From a virus: 64,000 nucleotides of DNA. How positions within the stretch are numbered: position 1 is the stretch's first letter; every line of letters starts with the position of its first letter. Made by a program: the position numbers and the translations under genes. This document shows positions 47,450-57,489 of this stretch, piece by piece. The stretch lies in IMG/VR virus record IMGVR_UViG_3300023210_000013, positions 51,582 to 115,581 of that record. One strand, written 5' to 3'. The notes under the pieces were generated by a model. The model saw nothing but the letters and a program-made list of their open reading frames with translations. It was not told the DNA's origin and did no database searches.

Positions 47450-48398
47450 ACCAACAGAAGCATGGGCAGGACAATATGCTTCATTTAATGAAGCTCTTAA
47501 GTATATGCTTAGGAGATCAAATGGAGAAGAGAAATCTATATATACACCGTGGCCAAAATTTAATGATGCTACTACTGATGGTTTAGAATGGAACACTCTA
47601 ACAGTTATTGGTGGTAGACCTGGTTCAGGTAAGACTCTTATTAAAGATCAGATAATTAGGGAATCATTTACATTAAATCCTAATGATGATTTTAGAGTAT
47701 TAGAATTTCAGTTTGAGATGGTGGGTAGAACCTCAGCATTAAGACAATTTTCATCACACACCGGTAAAACATATAAAGAATTATGTAGTGCAGGCCATCA
47801 ACTTACACAAGATGTCCTTAATACATGTCATGAGTATGCTAAAGAAAGAGTTAAATACCCAGTAGATATTATATCTACACCAATGACTGTAAATCAAATG
47901 CGTGATCAAATTGATATGTATATGAATTTGCATAAAGGGAAAAAAACTATAATTACTTTAGATCACACTATGCTTGTAAAGAGAGCTCCTTATCAAAATA
48001 ACAGTTTAGATATGTTGTTTGAGTTGGGTGAGTTTTTTACACAAACAAAACGTGATTACCCGGTTATGTTTATTGCATTATCACAATTAAATAGAAACAT
48101 TGATAATCCAGAACGTGCACAACAAGGTAAGTATGGAAACTTTATTCTTGAATCAGATATATTTGGTTCTGATGCTATGTTACAACATGCTGATACTTTA
48201 ATAGGTATTAACAGACCGGCAAAGCAAAAGATTAGGCTTTATGGCCCAGATAGATATATCATAGAAGATGATAGAACTTTAGTATTACACTTTCTTAAAG
48301 CGCGTAATGGTGACACCAGAATGAGTTTCTTTAAAGCAATGTTTGAAAAAATGGAAATTGCAGAAATGGATACTCCTTCACAAGAAGAACGTAGATGA
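47442..48398 (+). CDS. dnaB: DnaB-like replicative helicase (motor domain only)
   Basis: GGRPGSGKT, FEM, LDH, LSQLNR and KARNG motifs. Confidence 0.9.
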   Translation: MSKPTEAWAGQYASFNEALKYMLRRSNGEEKSIYTPWPKFNDATTDGLEWNTLTVIGGRPGSGKTLIKDQIIRESFTLNPNDDFRVLEFQFEMVGRTSALRQFSSHTGKTYKELCSAGHQLTQDVLNTCHEYAKERVKYPVDIISTPMTVNQMRDQIDMYMNLHKGKKTIITLDHTMLVKRAPYQNNSLDMLFELGEFFTQTKRDYPVMFIALSQLNRNIDNPERAQQGKYGNFILESDIFGSDAMLQHADTLIGINRPAKQKIRLYGPDRYIIEDDRTLVLHFLKARNGDTRMSFFKAMFEKMEIAEMDTPSQEERR

Positions 48399-48931
48399 TA
48401 ACAACAAAAATATTAGAATTTAAAACTTTAAAAATGACTCCAGAAGAACGCAAAAAAAAAGTTGCAGTATTGAGAGAGCTGCATGAAGACTACTTTCAAA
48501 CAGAAGGTATAATTAGCGCAGCATATATTCCTAAGATGGCTTACAGGCCCTCTGGTAAGGATGAACTACATGTAAGTTTCTTTCCAAGTGAGCTTGAAAG
48601 AAATAAAGATATTTATACAGAATTTGTAAGTATAGATTATGATTCAGAAGATCCAAAAAGAACATTGTATTTACATAAATATAATCCACATTGGAAAAGT
48701 GAATATGAAATGATTGAGTCTAATAGCGGATTTCAAAGACATATTATTCCTGCATCAGAACTAAAAGTAGTTAGTGATGTTACAGCAAATCAAAATAAAA
48801 ATGATATTTTTACACTTGAAGAAATTTCAGATCTTCCAAATCCAGATGAAACTTATTCTTTTAGAGGTTTAGTAGAAGTGTTGCAAAGGATAGCTAAAAG
48901 TATAGAGAAAATAGAAACCAAAATTAAATAA
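48395..48931 (+). CDS. Hypothetical protein
   Basis: 178-aa ORF in the replication operon. Confidence 0.6.
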   Translation: MITTKILEFKTLKMTPEERKKKVAVLRELHEDYFQTEGIISAAYIPKMAYRPSGKDELHVSFFPSELERNKDIYTEFVSIDYDSEDPKRTLYLHKYNPHWKSEYEMIESNSGFQRHIIPASELKVVSDVTANQNKNDIFTLEEISDLPNPDETYSFRGLVEVLQRIAKSIEKIETKIK

Positions 48932-48937
48932 ATAAGT

Positions 48938-49618
48938 ATGGCAAACAGTGTGTTAGTTATAGCTGAGTCTGGCTCAGGTAAATCAACGTCTATTAGAACA
49001 TTAGATCCTAAAGAGACAGCAATTATTAATATTGCAAACAAACCATTACCTTTTAGAGGGTGGAAAAGTAATTATACAGTTTTAGATAAATCCAATCCAA
49101 ATGGAAATCTAGTTAACGTATCAAGTGGGCCTGGTGTATATAAAGCCATGCAACACATAAGTGAAAAAATGCCACATGTCAAAGTTTTAGTTGTTGATGA
49201 CTGGCAATATATGTCAAGCTTTGAGTATTTTGATAAAGCCAATGAAAAAGGCTATGATAAATTTACTCAAATAGCAGCAAATCTTGCTCAGGTTGCAAAA
49301 CTACCTAAAGATTTAAGAGAAGATTTAACTATCTTTTTCTTAACTCATGCGGAGGAATCAACTGATGTGAATGGTAACCGTAAAGTTAAAGCAAAGACCG
49401 TAGGTAAAATGATAGATAATGCCCTTACATTAGAAGGTTTATTTTCAATTGTTTTATTTGGTAAGGTCCGTAAAGAAGATGATGGTACGCTATCTTATGG
49501 TTTTGAAACTCAAAACAATGGAGAGAATACTTGTAAATCACCAATGGGTATGTTTGAGGATAGCTTTATCCCTAATGACCTAGCATATGTTAGAGATGCT
49601 ATATTAGCATATGAATAA
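48938..49618 (+). CDS. P-loop ATPase (AAA_24/Sak4-like)
   Basis: AESGSGKS, VVDD, LTH and KSPMGMF; upstream of the SSB-like gene. Confidence 0.8.
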   Translation: MANSVLVIAESGSGKSTSIRTLDPKETAIINIANKPLPFRGWKSNYTVLDKSNPNGNLVNVSSGPGVYKAMQHISEKMPHVKVLVVDDWQYMSSFEYFDKANEKGYDKFTQIAANLAQVAKLPKDLREDLTIFFLTHAEESTDVNGNRKVKAKTVGKMIDNALTLEGLFSIVLFGKVRKEDDGTLSYGFETQNNGENTCKSPMGMFEDSFIPNDLAYVRDAILAYE

Positions 49619-49670
49619 ATTAAAGCAACAATCAACAATCATTAATAATTAAAATTTAAAATCAGAGAGT

Positions 49671-50344
49671 ATGTTAAGCACAAGCGGAATGTCAGCCGGA
49701 AGCGGCAAAGTTAAACCAGTTATTGATTCAGGAAATCAATTACTTAAAATCAATTCTATTACATTAAATGCACCACCATATGACCAAACGGCATATGATA
49801 TGGTATTAAACGTAGAGTCTGGCCCAATGGGAGCAGACTTTGAAGGTTTTTTAGTGGATGTTAATAATCCATCAGGACCACGTTACAATGGTCAAGTAGG
49901 TAGAGTTAAATTTCAACGTTATGCATTCAACAATGCAACTCTTCCAAGCGGTAGAGAAGTAAAAAGAGATGAAGGTTTGTTAAAAGCTTTAATCAATCTT
50001 GCTGAAGTTGTTGGAAAACGTTCAGAAGTAGATGCTATCCAAGCAAACACTATTGAAGATTTTGTAAACAAAGCTAGCACTATTATATGTGATGGTAAAT
50101 TTTACAATTTCTGTATTGGTGGTAGAGAATGGGAAAACAAAGAAGGTTACACAAACCTTGATATGTTTTTACCAAGATTTACTGCTCAAGCAGTGCCAAT
50201 GGAAAGTCAAGAAGTTGAAAATAGTAAGTTAATTACTTTTAATGCTTCTGAACATGTTATTGCATTGAAAAATAAACCACAAGCTCAAGCAGTTAACACT
50301 TTGAACCAGTATCTGGTCCAGTAGGTGGAGACTTTGACTTATAA
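49671..50344 (+). CDS. Probable single-stranded DNA-binding protein; acidic tail lies in the -1 frame
   Basis: Between ATPase and primase. Frame 0 stops at 50324; the -1 frame from 50300 reads FEPVSGPVGGDFDL* with stop at 50342-50344. Confidence 0.6.
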
Positions 50345-50356
50345 TTAATATAAAAT

Positions 50357-50382
50357 GGGAGGCCTACGGGTCTCCCTATTTA
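50357..50382 (+). terminator. Intrinsic terminator
   Basis: GGGAGGCC-TACG-GGTCTCCC followed by TATTTT. Confidence 0.75.
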
Positions 50383-50386
50383 TTAT

Positions 50387-51364
50387 ATGATTAGCACCAA
50401 AAATTTAGTTAGTAAAATAGAAGATATTCCAAGTTATTGGATATTCCAACACTATTTAAATCTACAAGAACAGTTAACAGGCCAGGATGTTAAAATTAAT
50501 TCAATTTTTAACTCTAATGATAAAACGCCAAGTTTCTGTATTTATGTAGACACATCTGTTATGCAGTATAAGTTTAAAGACTTTTCTACTGGAACTAATG
50601 GAAGTAAGATAGATTTGGTTATGCATTTATTTAACATGACTTTCTCAAATGCAAGTATTAAAATTGTAGATGACTACAATGAAGCAATGAGAAATGGTAA
50701 GGTAAAGTTTGTTACACTTACACCTGAAGTTAAATGGAAAATGGATTATATCCAGACAAGAAATTGGAATCAAACTGATGCAGATTTTTGGCTTTCTTTT
50801 AATATAGGATCATCCTTACTAAAAGAATATAATGTCAAAGCTTTGGATTATTATACCATGATCAAAGAGAAACAAGATGGTTTAGAAAAAATGACTTTTC
50901 AAAAACCTACAACATATGGTTATTTTACAAATGACGGAAGTCTAATTAAAATATACCAACCTCTTAGTAGTAAGCATAAATTCTATAATGTATTAGATTA
51001 TATGCAAGCTTTTGATCAATTGACCTACACTCAACCATATTTAGTTATATGTTCATCTCTAAAAGATGCAATGTGTTTAAAATCTTTTAATTATAAATTA
51101 GAAGTAATAGCACCATCTAGTGAGAACAGTATGATTAAACCTTATGTAATTAATAATTTAAAAAATAAATACAAAAAGGTAATTACATTATTTGATAATG
51201 ATGACGCAGGAAAGAATGCTATTGATAAGTATGCTAAAACATACAATATTAATGGTTGTGCTCTTTCTATATGCAAAGACATATCAGATGCTGTAAAAAA
51301 ATATGGAGTTGAGAAAGTAAATGCAGAGTTAAAGCCTTTGCTTATACAAACCTTAAAAAAATAA
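50387..51364 (+). CDS. DNA primase (TOPRIM, crAss-like)
   Basis: DKTPSF..FKDFS, SSLKD, FDNDDAG and KDISD motifs. Confidence 0.85.
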   Translation: MISTKNLVSKIEDIPSYWIFQHYLNLQEQLTGQDVKINSIFNSNDKTPSFCIYVDTSVMQYKFKDFSTGTNGSKIDLVMHLFNMTFSNASIKIVDDYNEAMRNGKVKFVTLTPEVKWKMDYIQTRNWNQTDADFWLSFNIGSSLLKEYNVKALDYYTMIKEKQDGLEKMTFQKPTTYGYFTNDGSLIKIYQPLSSKHKFYNVLDYMQAFDQLTYTQPYLVICSSLKDAMCLKSFNYKLEVIAPSSENSMIKPYVINNLKNKYKKVITLFDNDDAGKNAIDKYAKTYNINGCALSICKDISDAVKKYGVEKVNAELKPLLIQTLKK

Positions 51365-51367
51365 TAT

Positions 51368-51844
51368 ATGAAATGGTTTATACCAGGTAATGTTCCAAGT
51401 TCAAAAAATGGACGTAGATGGACAGGAAAGTACTTTATAGCTAGTAAAGCTACTATGACTTATAGAAAAGATACAAAATCTTACTATGAGGATTTTGCCA
51501 CACCTTTTAAAAAAGTATTAGCAAAATATGAATTTCCAGTAAAAATTGGTTTTACATTTCACAGAGGGAGCCGTCATAAGTTTGACTATTTAAATCCTGC
51601 ACAAACGGTGCAAGATGATATGGTTAAAGCAGGGTGGATTGAAGATGATAATGCTGAATTTATGATTCCAGCATTTGAACAATACATATATGACAAAGAA
51701 AACCCTGGAGTATGGATAGAAATATTAAAAGAAAATGAATTAAAAAAAGATGGACTCAAAGGACAAAAAAGCGGAACAAAAAATAAAGACAATTCTAAAT
51801 CTTCTGAAAGCAAAAGACCAAGGAATACAGGAAATAAAAATTAA
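51368..51844 (+). CDS. RusA-like Holliday junction resolvase
   Basis: PSSKN, FDYLN, QDDMV and IEDDN motifs. Confidence 0.7.
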   Translation: MKWFIPGNVPSSKNGRRWTGKYFIASKATMTYRKDTKSYYEDFATPFKKVLAKYEFPVKIGFTFHRGSRHKFDYLNPAQTVQDDMVKAGWIEDDNAEFMIPAFEQYIYDKENPGVWIEILKENELKKDGLKGQKSGTKNKDNSKSSESKRPRNTGNKN

Positions 51845-52121
51845 TTTTTCAGGTAGTGGAGACTCTGGTGATATTGATGATGTAGAATTTTACACATTTT
51901 ATGGAGGTACCGTTTCACCTAAAGAAGTTGATACAGATACTTTTGTAGACTTAGCATGGGAACTTATTAGAGAAAAAGTTGATCCGGTAGGTGATTGGGT
52001 TAATAATGAAGGTGGTTATGGTAATATTACTATATACGCTGAAACTGGTAAGTATGACATAGAATATAGTCAAAGAACAACAGAAGATTATGATTGGGGT
52101 GACTGTAGCTTATTTATATAA
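51750..52121 (+). CDS. DUF6878-like protein
   Basis: FSGSGDSGDIDDV...DWVNNEGGYG. Confidence 0.7.
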   Translation: MDSKDKKAEQKIKTILNLLKAKDQGIQEIKINFSGSGDSGDIDDVEFYTFYGGTVSPKEVDTDTFVDLAWELIREKVDPVGDWVNNEGGYGNITIYAETGKYDIEYSQRTTEDYDWGDCSLFI

Positions 52122-52468
52122 TGGCACATCCTAATTTACACGCAAAAAGTTCAGTAAGAAAATGGGGTGGCAAACCTGAAGATTATATTGCAATACATGA
52201 TTGGTTAGATGAAACTAAATCTTGGGTTGGACATAGTATTCATAGAATGTTCCGTCATCATTCAGAAGGAATTTTTGAAGCAGAAAAGTTATTTGGAAAT
52301 AGTTTTACTAATACAGATGGTAAAACAGTATATACAAGATATGTTGCAGAACAACATGTAAAAGAAGATTGTAATAATTACATACCTTCAGCTAAAGAAT
52401 GGTTAACCCATATGAACCGGGAAAAGAAACCAGACTGGATGAGAAAAACACTTAAAATAGAAGATTAA
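52121..52468 (+). CDS. DUF6915-like His-rich protein
   Basis: HPNLHAKSS..WGG..EDY..IHDWLDE..HRMFRHHSEGIF..EQHVKED. Confidence 0.75.
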   Translation: MAHPNLHAKSSVRKWGGKPEDYIAIHDWLDETKSWVGHSIHRMFRHHSEGIFEAEKLFGNSFTNTDGKTVYTRYVAEQHVKEDCNNYIPSAKEWLTHMNREKKPDWMRKTLKIED

Positions 52469-52469
52469 T

Positions 52470-52895
52470 ATGAATGTATTAAGCATATCAGAATATCACG
52501 AGCTAGTAAAAATGTTACGCAGTTCAAAAGATGATAGAGAAATTGTAATTGAAAATTTAAAAAACTTAGACATAGATGATATATATAAAATCTTTGTTTT
52601 AAAAAGTTCTAAATTAGATCACAGAGAAGAAGTATTAAAGCCTCTTAAATTTTTGTTTGATAATGAACCTTTTAAAAGTTTGTATGAAACTGTTGATAGA
52701 AGATGGGGTGGTCAAGATATTGTTCTTGATTTATCTTGGTCAACATTACATAAACTTATCAAAGAAAATTATAGTGATAATCAAGATGTAAAAAATCTAT
52801 TTGAATTAGTATTTAAATCAGAAACAGAGTCTACTATTATTAAAGCATTAAGCTTTGATTTTGTTGACACTGTTGAAACAACTATTAAATGGTAA
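52470..52895 (+). CDS. Hypothetical helical protein (motif shared with 55321 and 56342)
   Basis: LSISEYHELVKMLRSSKDDREIVIENLKNLD. Confidence 0.6.
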   Translation: MNVLSISEYHELVKMLRSSKDDREIVIENLKNLDIDDIYKIFVLKSSKLDHREEVLKPLKFLFDNEPFKSLYETVDRRWGGQDIVLDLSWSTLHKLIKENYSDNQDVKNLFELVFKSETESTIIKALSFDFVDTVETTIKW

Positions 52896-54052
52896 AAACA
52901 GGAGATCAACTTGCTAAAGCAAGTAAAACATTAATACTACAAGAGCCCTTTTACGGGCTCTTTTTAGTTGGCCTTAATAAAGCCATTAGAAAAGACATAC
53001 CAACGGCTGGCGTTAGCAAGCATGGTATTGGTGTACAGTTAAGCGTTAACCCTGACTTTCTTGATTCTTTATCAGAAGATCATAGAGTAGGATTAGTTAA
53101 ACATGAAATATTACATATAAGTTTTGGGCATTTAATTATGCGTGATATTTATAATGATAAAAAATTGTTTAACATAGCCGCTGACTTAGAAATAAATCAA
53201 TATATAGAAACAAAGTACTTACCTACAGGTGGAATAACAATGGATACATTTCCAGAGTTAACTTTACCAGCACGGGCGGGTACTAAAGTTTATTATGATT
53301 TACTATCACAAGCAAAAGATGACGGTACATGTCAATCTCTTGACTCAATGTTAAATGATGAAACAGGGGACAGTCCTTATGATGATCACGGAACTTGGGA
53401 AGAATTTGATGACTTAAGTGAAGCTGATAAAAAACTAGTTCAAAAGCAAGTTGAACATCAGTTAAAGGAAGTTGCTGAACAGACAGAAAAAAGACAAGGT
53501 AGTTTGCCTGGTGAGCTGGCTGAGTTGATTGGTAGATTACGTCATATAGAACCAGCTAAATTTGATTGGAAAGCTTACTTAAGAAGATTTGTAGGAAACT
53601 CTTCTATTTCTTATACAAAGAAACTTAGAAGAAAGTATAACAAACGTTATGTAGCAAATCCAGGACTTAAGATTAAGTTTAAGAATCATATACTTGTTGG
53701 TGTTGATACATCAGGATCAGTATCTAGTGCAGAGCTAATAGAGTTTATGAATGAAATATGCCATATGCATAAGACAGGTCATCAAATTACAGTAGCGCAG
53801 TGTGATACACAATTAAATTCTGTAGAAGAATTCAACCCAAAGAAAGATTGGGCCATAAAAGGTAGAGGTGGTACATCATTTCAACCTGTAATAGATCATT
53901 ACAATGAGCATGGTAAATACACAGCTCTAATATATTTAACAGATGGTGAAGCATACAATCCAGATGACTGTCCTCCAAATACCTTATGGGTAATAAGCAG
54001 TAGAGCAGAACTGAATAATGACTTACCAGGAAGAGTAATAAAATTAAATTAA
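52889..54052 (+). CDS. Zn-metallopeptidase-like plus vWA domain protein (DUF2201 type)
   Basis: HEILH, NIAADLEIN, MIDAS DTSGS, GRGGT and LTDG. Confidence 0.88.
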   Translation: MVKTGDQLAKASKTLILQEPFYGLFLVGLNKAIRKDIPTAGVSKHGIGVQLSVNPDFLDSLSEDHRVGLVKHEILHISFGHLIMRDIYNDKKLFNIAADLEINQYIETKYLPTGGITMDTFPELTLPARAGTKVYYDLLSQAKDDGTCQSLDSMLNDETGDSPYDDHGTWEEFDDLSEADKKLVQKQVEHQLKEVAEQTEKRQGSLPGELAELIGRLRHIEPAKFDWKAYLRRFVGNSSISYTKKLRRKYNKRYVANPGLKIKFKNHILVGVDTSGSVSSAELIEFMNEICHMHKTGHQITVAQCDTQLNSVEEFNPKKDWAIKGRGGTSFQPVIDHYNEHGKYTALIYLTDGEAYNPDDCPPNTLWVISSRAELNNDLPGRVIKLN

Positions 54053-54065
54053 TAAAAACACAATT

Positions 54066-55319
54066 ATGGCACAAGTAAATTTAAACATTGATGACTTAAA
54101 AGGATTTGTAAATCACGTTATTACAAATAACAGATTTTTACAAGAACAAGGAAAACTACCAGTAGCAATAGAAGTAGTAGGAGAATCAGGAATAGGTAAA
54201 ACATCTACAGTAGTAGAATTAGCAAAAGAAAATAATTTACATTTTGTAAAGCTAAACTTAGCTCAGATAGAAGAGTTAGGTGACTTAGTGGGTTTCCCTG
54301 TACGTCAATTTCAGATGTATAAAGAGAAAACAATTAAGAAAGTAGATGATTTAAACTATACGGCAAAAGCAGGGAATGATTTAGCTAAACTAGGAGGTAC
54401 TATTACTAAAAAAGTAGGCCAATGGGTTGATGAGTTAGCAGTAGATGCTTATTTAAAGAACGGCTATAAGATGGCTGGTAAAAATAGAATGTCTTATGCT
54501 GCTCCTGAATGGATTGCTGATGTAAAACAAGGTGGTATATTACTACTTGATGACTGGAACAGAGCTGATACAAGGTTTATACAAGCCTGTATGGAGCTTA
54601 TTGACCGTCAGCAGTATATTTCATGGTCTTTACCAAAAGACTGGCATATAATGCTTACAGCTAATCCAGACAACGGTGATTACAATGTAAATTCATTAGA
54701 TTCTGCACAGAAAACCAGATATATTACTGCAAACCTTAAGTTTGACGTTAATGTATGGGCAAGATGGGCTGAAGAAGCAGGTATAGATTCAAGATGTATT
54801 AACTTTTTGTTATTACACCCGGAGTTAGTAACGCAAGAAACTAATTCAAGATCTATTACTACTTTCTTTAATTCAATCTCAAGCTTTGAGAATTTTGAAG
54901 ACAACTTAAGTATGATCCAAATGATTGGTGAAGGTTCAGTAGGAGACACATTTGCTTCTATGTTTACTACTTTTATTAATAATAAACTGGACAAACTGGT
55001 AACACCTAAAGATTTATTAACTCATGAAAATGAATCATATATTCTTGGAGAGTTAAGAGGTTGTATTGGTCAAGATGATTCATACCGCGCAGATATTGCA
55101 TCAACACTAGCTACTCGTTTAGCTAATTATGCTGTAGTATATTCTAAAGAAAATACAGTTAATCAGAAAATTACTGATAGACTAAAGTCTTTAGCAACTA
55201 AAGATTACTTTACAAATGACTTAAAGTATCTTATTGTTAGAACTATTTTTAATGGAAACAAACAAAAGTTTAATAAACTAATGATGATCCCTGAGATTAT
55301 TAAAATGACAATGAAATAG
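54066..55319 (+). CDS. MoxR-like AAA+ ATPase
   Basis: GESGIGKT, LLLDDWNRA, TANP, LDSAQKTR and NSRS. Confidence 0.85.
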   Translation: MAQVNLNIDDLKGFVNHVITNNRFLQEQGKLPVAIEVVGESGIGKTSTVVELAKENNLHFVKLNLAQIEELGDLVGFPVRQFQMYKEKTIKKVDDLNYTAKAGNDLAKLGGTITKKVGQWVDELAVDAYLKNGYKMAGKNRMSYAAPEWIADVKQGGILLLDDWNRADTRFIQACMELIDRQQYISWSLPKDWHIMLTANPDNGDYNVNSLDSAQKTRYITANLKFDVNVWARWAEEAGIDSRCINFLLLHPELVTQETNSRSITTFFNSISSFENFEDNLSMIQMIGEGSVGDTFASMFTTFINNKLDKLVTPKDLLTHENESYILGELRGCIGQDDSYRADIASTLATRLANYAVVYSKENTVNQKITDRLKSLATKDYFTNDLKYLIVRTIFNGNKQKFNKLMMIPEIIKMTMK

Positions 55320-55320
55320 A

Positions 55321-56349
55321 ATGGCAAATAAATCAGTATATCAAGTCTTTAATACTGATGCATTGACACACTTTGGTTTAGATAGTGCCCCAATATATGG
55401 GGTACTAACTACCAATGGTGTTGAAGATGTATTGTTAACACAAGACAAAACTATTTATGAAAAAATATCACGTTTACTCACAGTTCCTAATGAATCTGAC
55501 ACAACGTTTATAAATAAAAAGAAAGCTTTTATATTACCTAAGTGTGATGTATCTCAAGACAGACTTAAAGCAGCACTAAAAGAACATAAAATTACAGTAA
55601 CTAATGATTATGAACTTGCTGATCTTGTAATAGGTCATGAAGAAATAGAACAAAGAATAGAAAGTGGTAATAATATACCATCTACTTTAATGTTAGCAAA
55701 ACTTTGGAATATGGAATCTGTATCTAATACTGGTGGTTCTATCAAAGCTGTAGATAATCATAATAGTCACACAATTGTAACTAATAAAATTACTGAAGTA
55801 GTAAGATATTACAGTTTAGACATAGAAGAAACACTATATGATGAGTGGATGTTGACAGGTTTAGCAATAAATTTAGCTTATAAAATTGATACAGGTGTTG
55901 TAGGTACTATAGATACACATACCGTATTACATTCTTCAGCTAACAGAATGGTTTTAGATGAGTCTTTACTTGAGATGCTTAAATCTCAATTAAATTCACA
56001 TTCAAGTGATGATTCACATTTAGCAGGAGCTGTTATACCTACAATAGATTATACTAAAAATCATCATTTACTTTGGCAATTTGCACATGATGTTCAATAC
56101 AAAATGCATAAATTTAATAGAAATAAAGATGTTCAATATTGGATTGATCAATCTAATTTTGAATTGTATGCTAATTTTGGTGCTGAAGAAATGATAACTC
56201 ATTTAGAAGAAAATAAGTTACTTGATAAGATAACATTTAGATATCTTGAACCTATTTGTAGAAAAGAAATCAGTATACATAATAGAGAACTTTATGTCTT
56301 TAAAGTAAATGTAAAAAAAGAATATTTAAAATATTTAAAAAATGACTAA
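55321..56349 (+). CDS. Hypothetical protein with BRCT-like N-terminal motif
   Basis: KKAFILPKCDVSQDRLK...KITVTNDYELADLVIG. Confidence 0.55.
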   Translation: MANKSVYQVFNTDALTHFGLDSAPIYGVLTTNGVEDVLLTQDKTIYEKISRLLTVPNESDTTFINKKKAFILPKCDVSQDRLKAALKEHKITVTNDYELADLVIGHEEIEQRIESGNNIPSTLMLAKLWNMESVSNTGGSIKAVDNHNSHTIVTNKITEVVRYYSLDIEETLYDEWMLTGLAINLAYKIDTGVVGTIDTHTVLHSSANRMVLDESLLEMLKSQLNSHSSDDSHLAGAVIPTIDYTKNHHLLWQFAHDVQYKMHKFNRNKDVQYWIDQSNFELYANFGAEEMITHLEENKLLDKITFRYLEPICRKEISIHNRELYVFKVNVKKEYLKYLKND

Positions 56350-57427
56350 ATTATATACCTTTGATATTACATATAGAGAAGGACAAACAATTGATTATAC
56401 ATGCTTTAATGGAAGTTATGTAGGAGAGGATATAGGATTGGGTAGTTGGCACTCACCGGGATATCCTGTAATAAACACACATACACCTTCATCTGTTGAT
56501 TTGCAAGATAAAACAGTATATAGATATCCAAAATTAACTCTACCAAGAGCAAAAATGGATACCTTAAAGGAAAAAAACAATTTAAAAGTTACTAGAAATA
56601 AAGCAAATGCAGATTTTATAATTATTTCTAAAAACTTTATTACTAGTATGACACTTTCAAGTTGGACTTCTTACGTATCATTTGAAAAGTTTGTAAACCA
56701 TCTTAAAGAAGAAAATTATAAACAGGATATTATAGATTATTTTGATAATTATGATAAAAGTGATTTAATGTCACTAAAAAGTAGTTATTATAATGGCCCA
56801 GCTGTTATATCTAAAATGAATGATTTTATAAGAGACAAGGGAGAAAACAATCACTGGTATATTCCTGCAGAGTTTAAGCAACTTTATAATGAAGTTAAAT
56901 CTTGTAATAATCTTGTTTATGATAAGCATATGGTTGCTTTATGTAATGAAGATTCAGTAGTTTTGACTAAAGAAGAGTATAGAAATGTTCAGACCATGAT
57001 AAAAAGTGGTGATAAACAAAACAGAGCTCTTGCAGTAGAACTAATTGCTAATTGTAACTTAGAAGATTCTTTAGACTATGTTGCATTAATTTATTATTTC
57101 TTGTATGACTATTTAAAGGATGCCAGTAACTGGAATAGTGTTAATGTTAAAACACTAAGAAAAAGAATGGATGATTTTACACCTTATGGGAATGCACAGT
57201 ATGGAAATCTGTATGACACTTTTATTAAAAAACTAATAAAAGAAGATTATTTGACCCAATTTGCTTTTGATGAAACTGCTAGATATGCTTTTCACAATGT
57301 TGTAAAAAGATCTATGTCACTAGGTGATGAAAATGCATTTGTTATGGATGTATCATCTATTAAACCAAGTAAAAAATGTGCAGAGGCAATAAAAATACCA
57401 CAAATTTTAACTAAGGAGTTCAATTAA
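56342..57427 (+). CDS. Hypothetical protein with BRCT-like motif, paralog of 55321
   Basis: KTVYRYPKLTLPRAKMD...NLKVTRNKANADFIII. Confidence 0.55.
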   Translation: MTKLYTFDITYREGQTIDYTCFNGSYVGEDIGLGSWHSPGYPVINTHTPSSVDLQDKTVYRYPKLTLPRAKMDTLKEKNNLKVTRNKANADFIIISKNFITSMTLSSWTSYVSFEKFVNHLKEENYKQDIIDYFDNYDKSDLMSLKSSYYNGPAVISKMNDFIRDKGENNHWYIPAEFKQLYNEVKSCNNLVYDKHMVALCNEDSVVLTKEEYRNVQTMIKSGDKQNRALAVELIANCNLEDSLDYVALIYYFLYDYLKDASNWNSVNVKTLRKRMDDFTPYGNAQYGNLYDTFIKKLIKEDYLTQFAFDETARYAFHNVVKRSMSLGDENAFVMDVSSIKPSKKCAEAIKIPQILTKEFN

Positions 57428-57440
57428 AGCCATAATTGTT

Positions 57441-57477
57441 GGGACCTGCCTAAACAACAGGTCCCTCTCCTTTTTTT
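57441..57477 (+). terminator. Intrinsic terminator closing the MoxR/vWA block
   Basis: GGGACCTG...CAGGTCCC, then a short spacer and a T-run. Confidence 0.7.
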
Positions 57478-57489
57478 AACAAAACAAAA

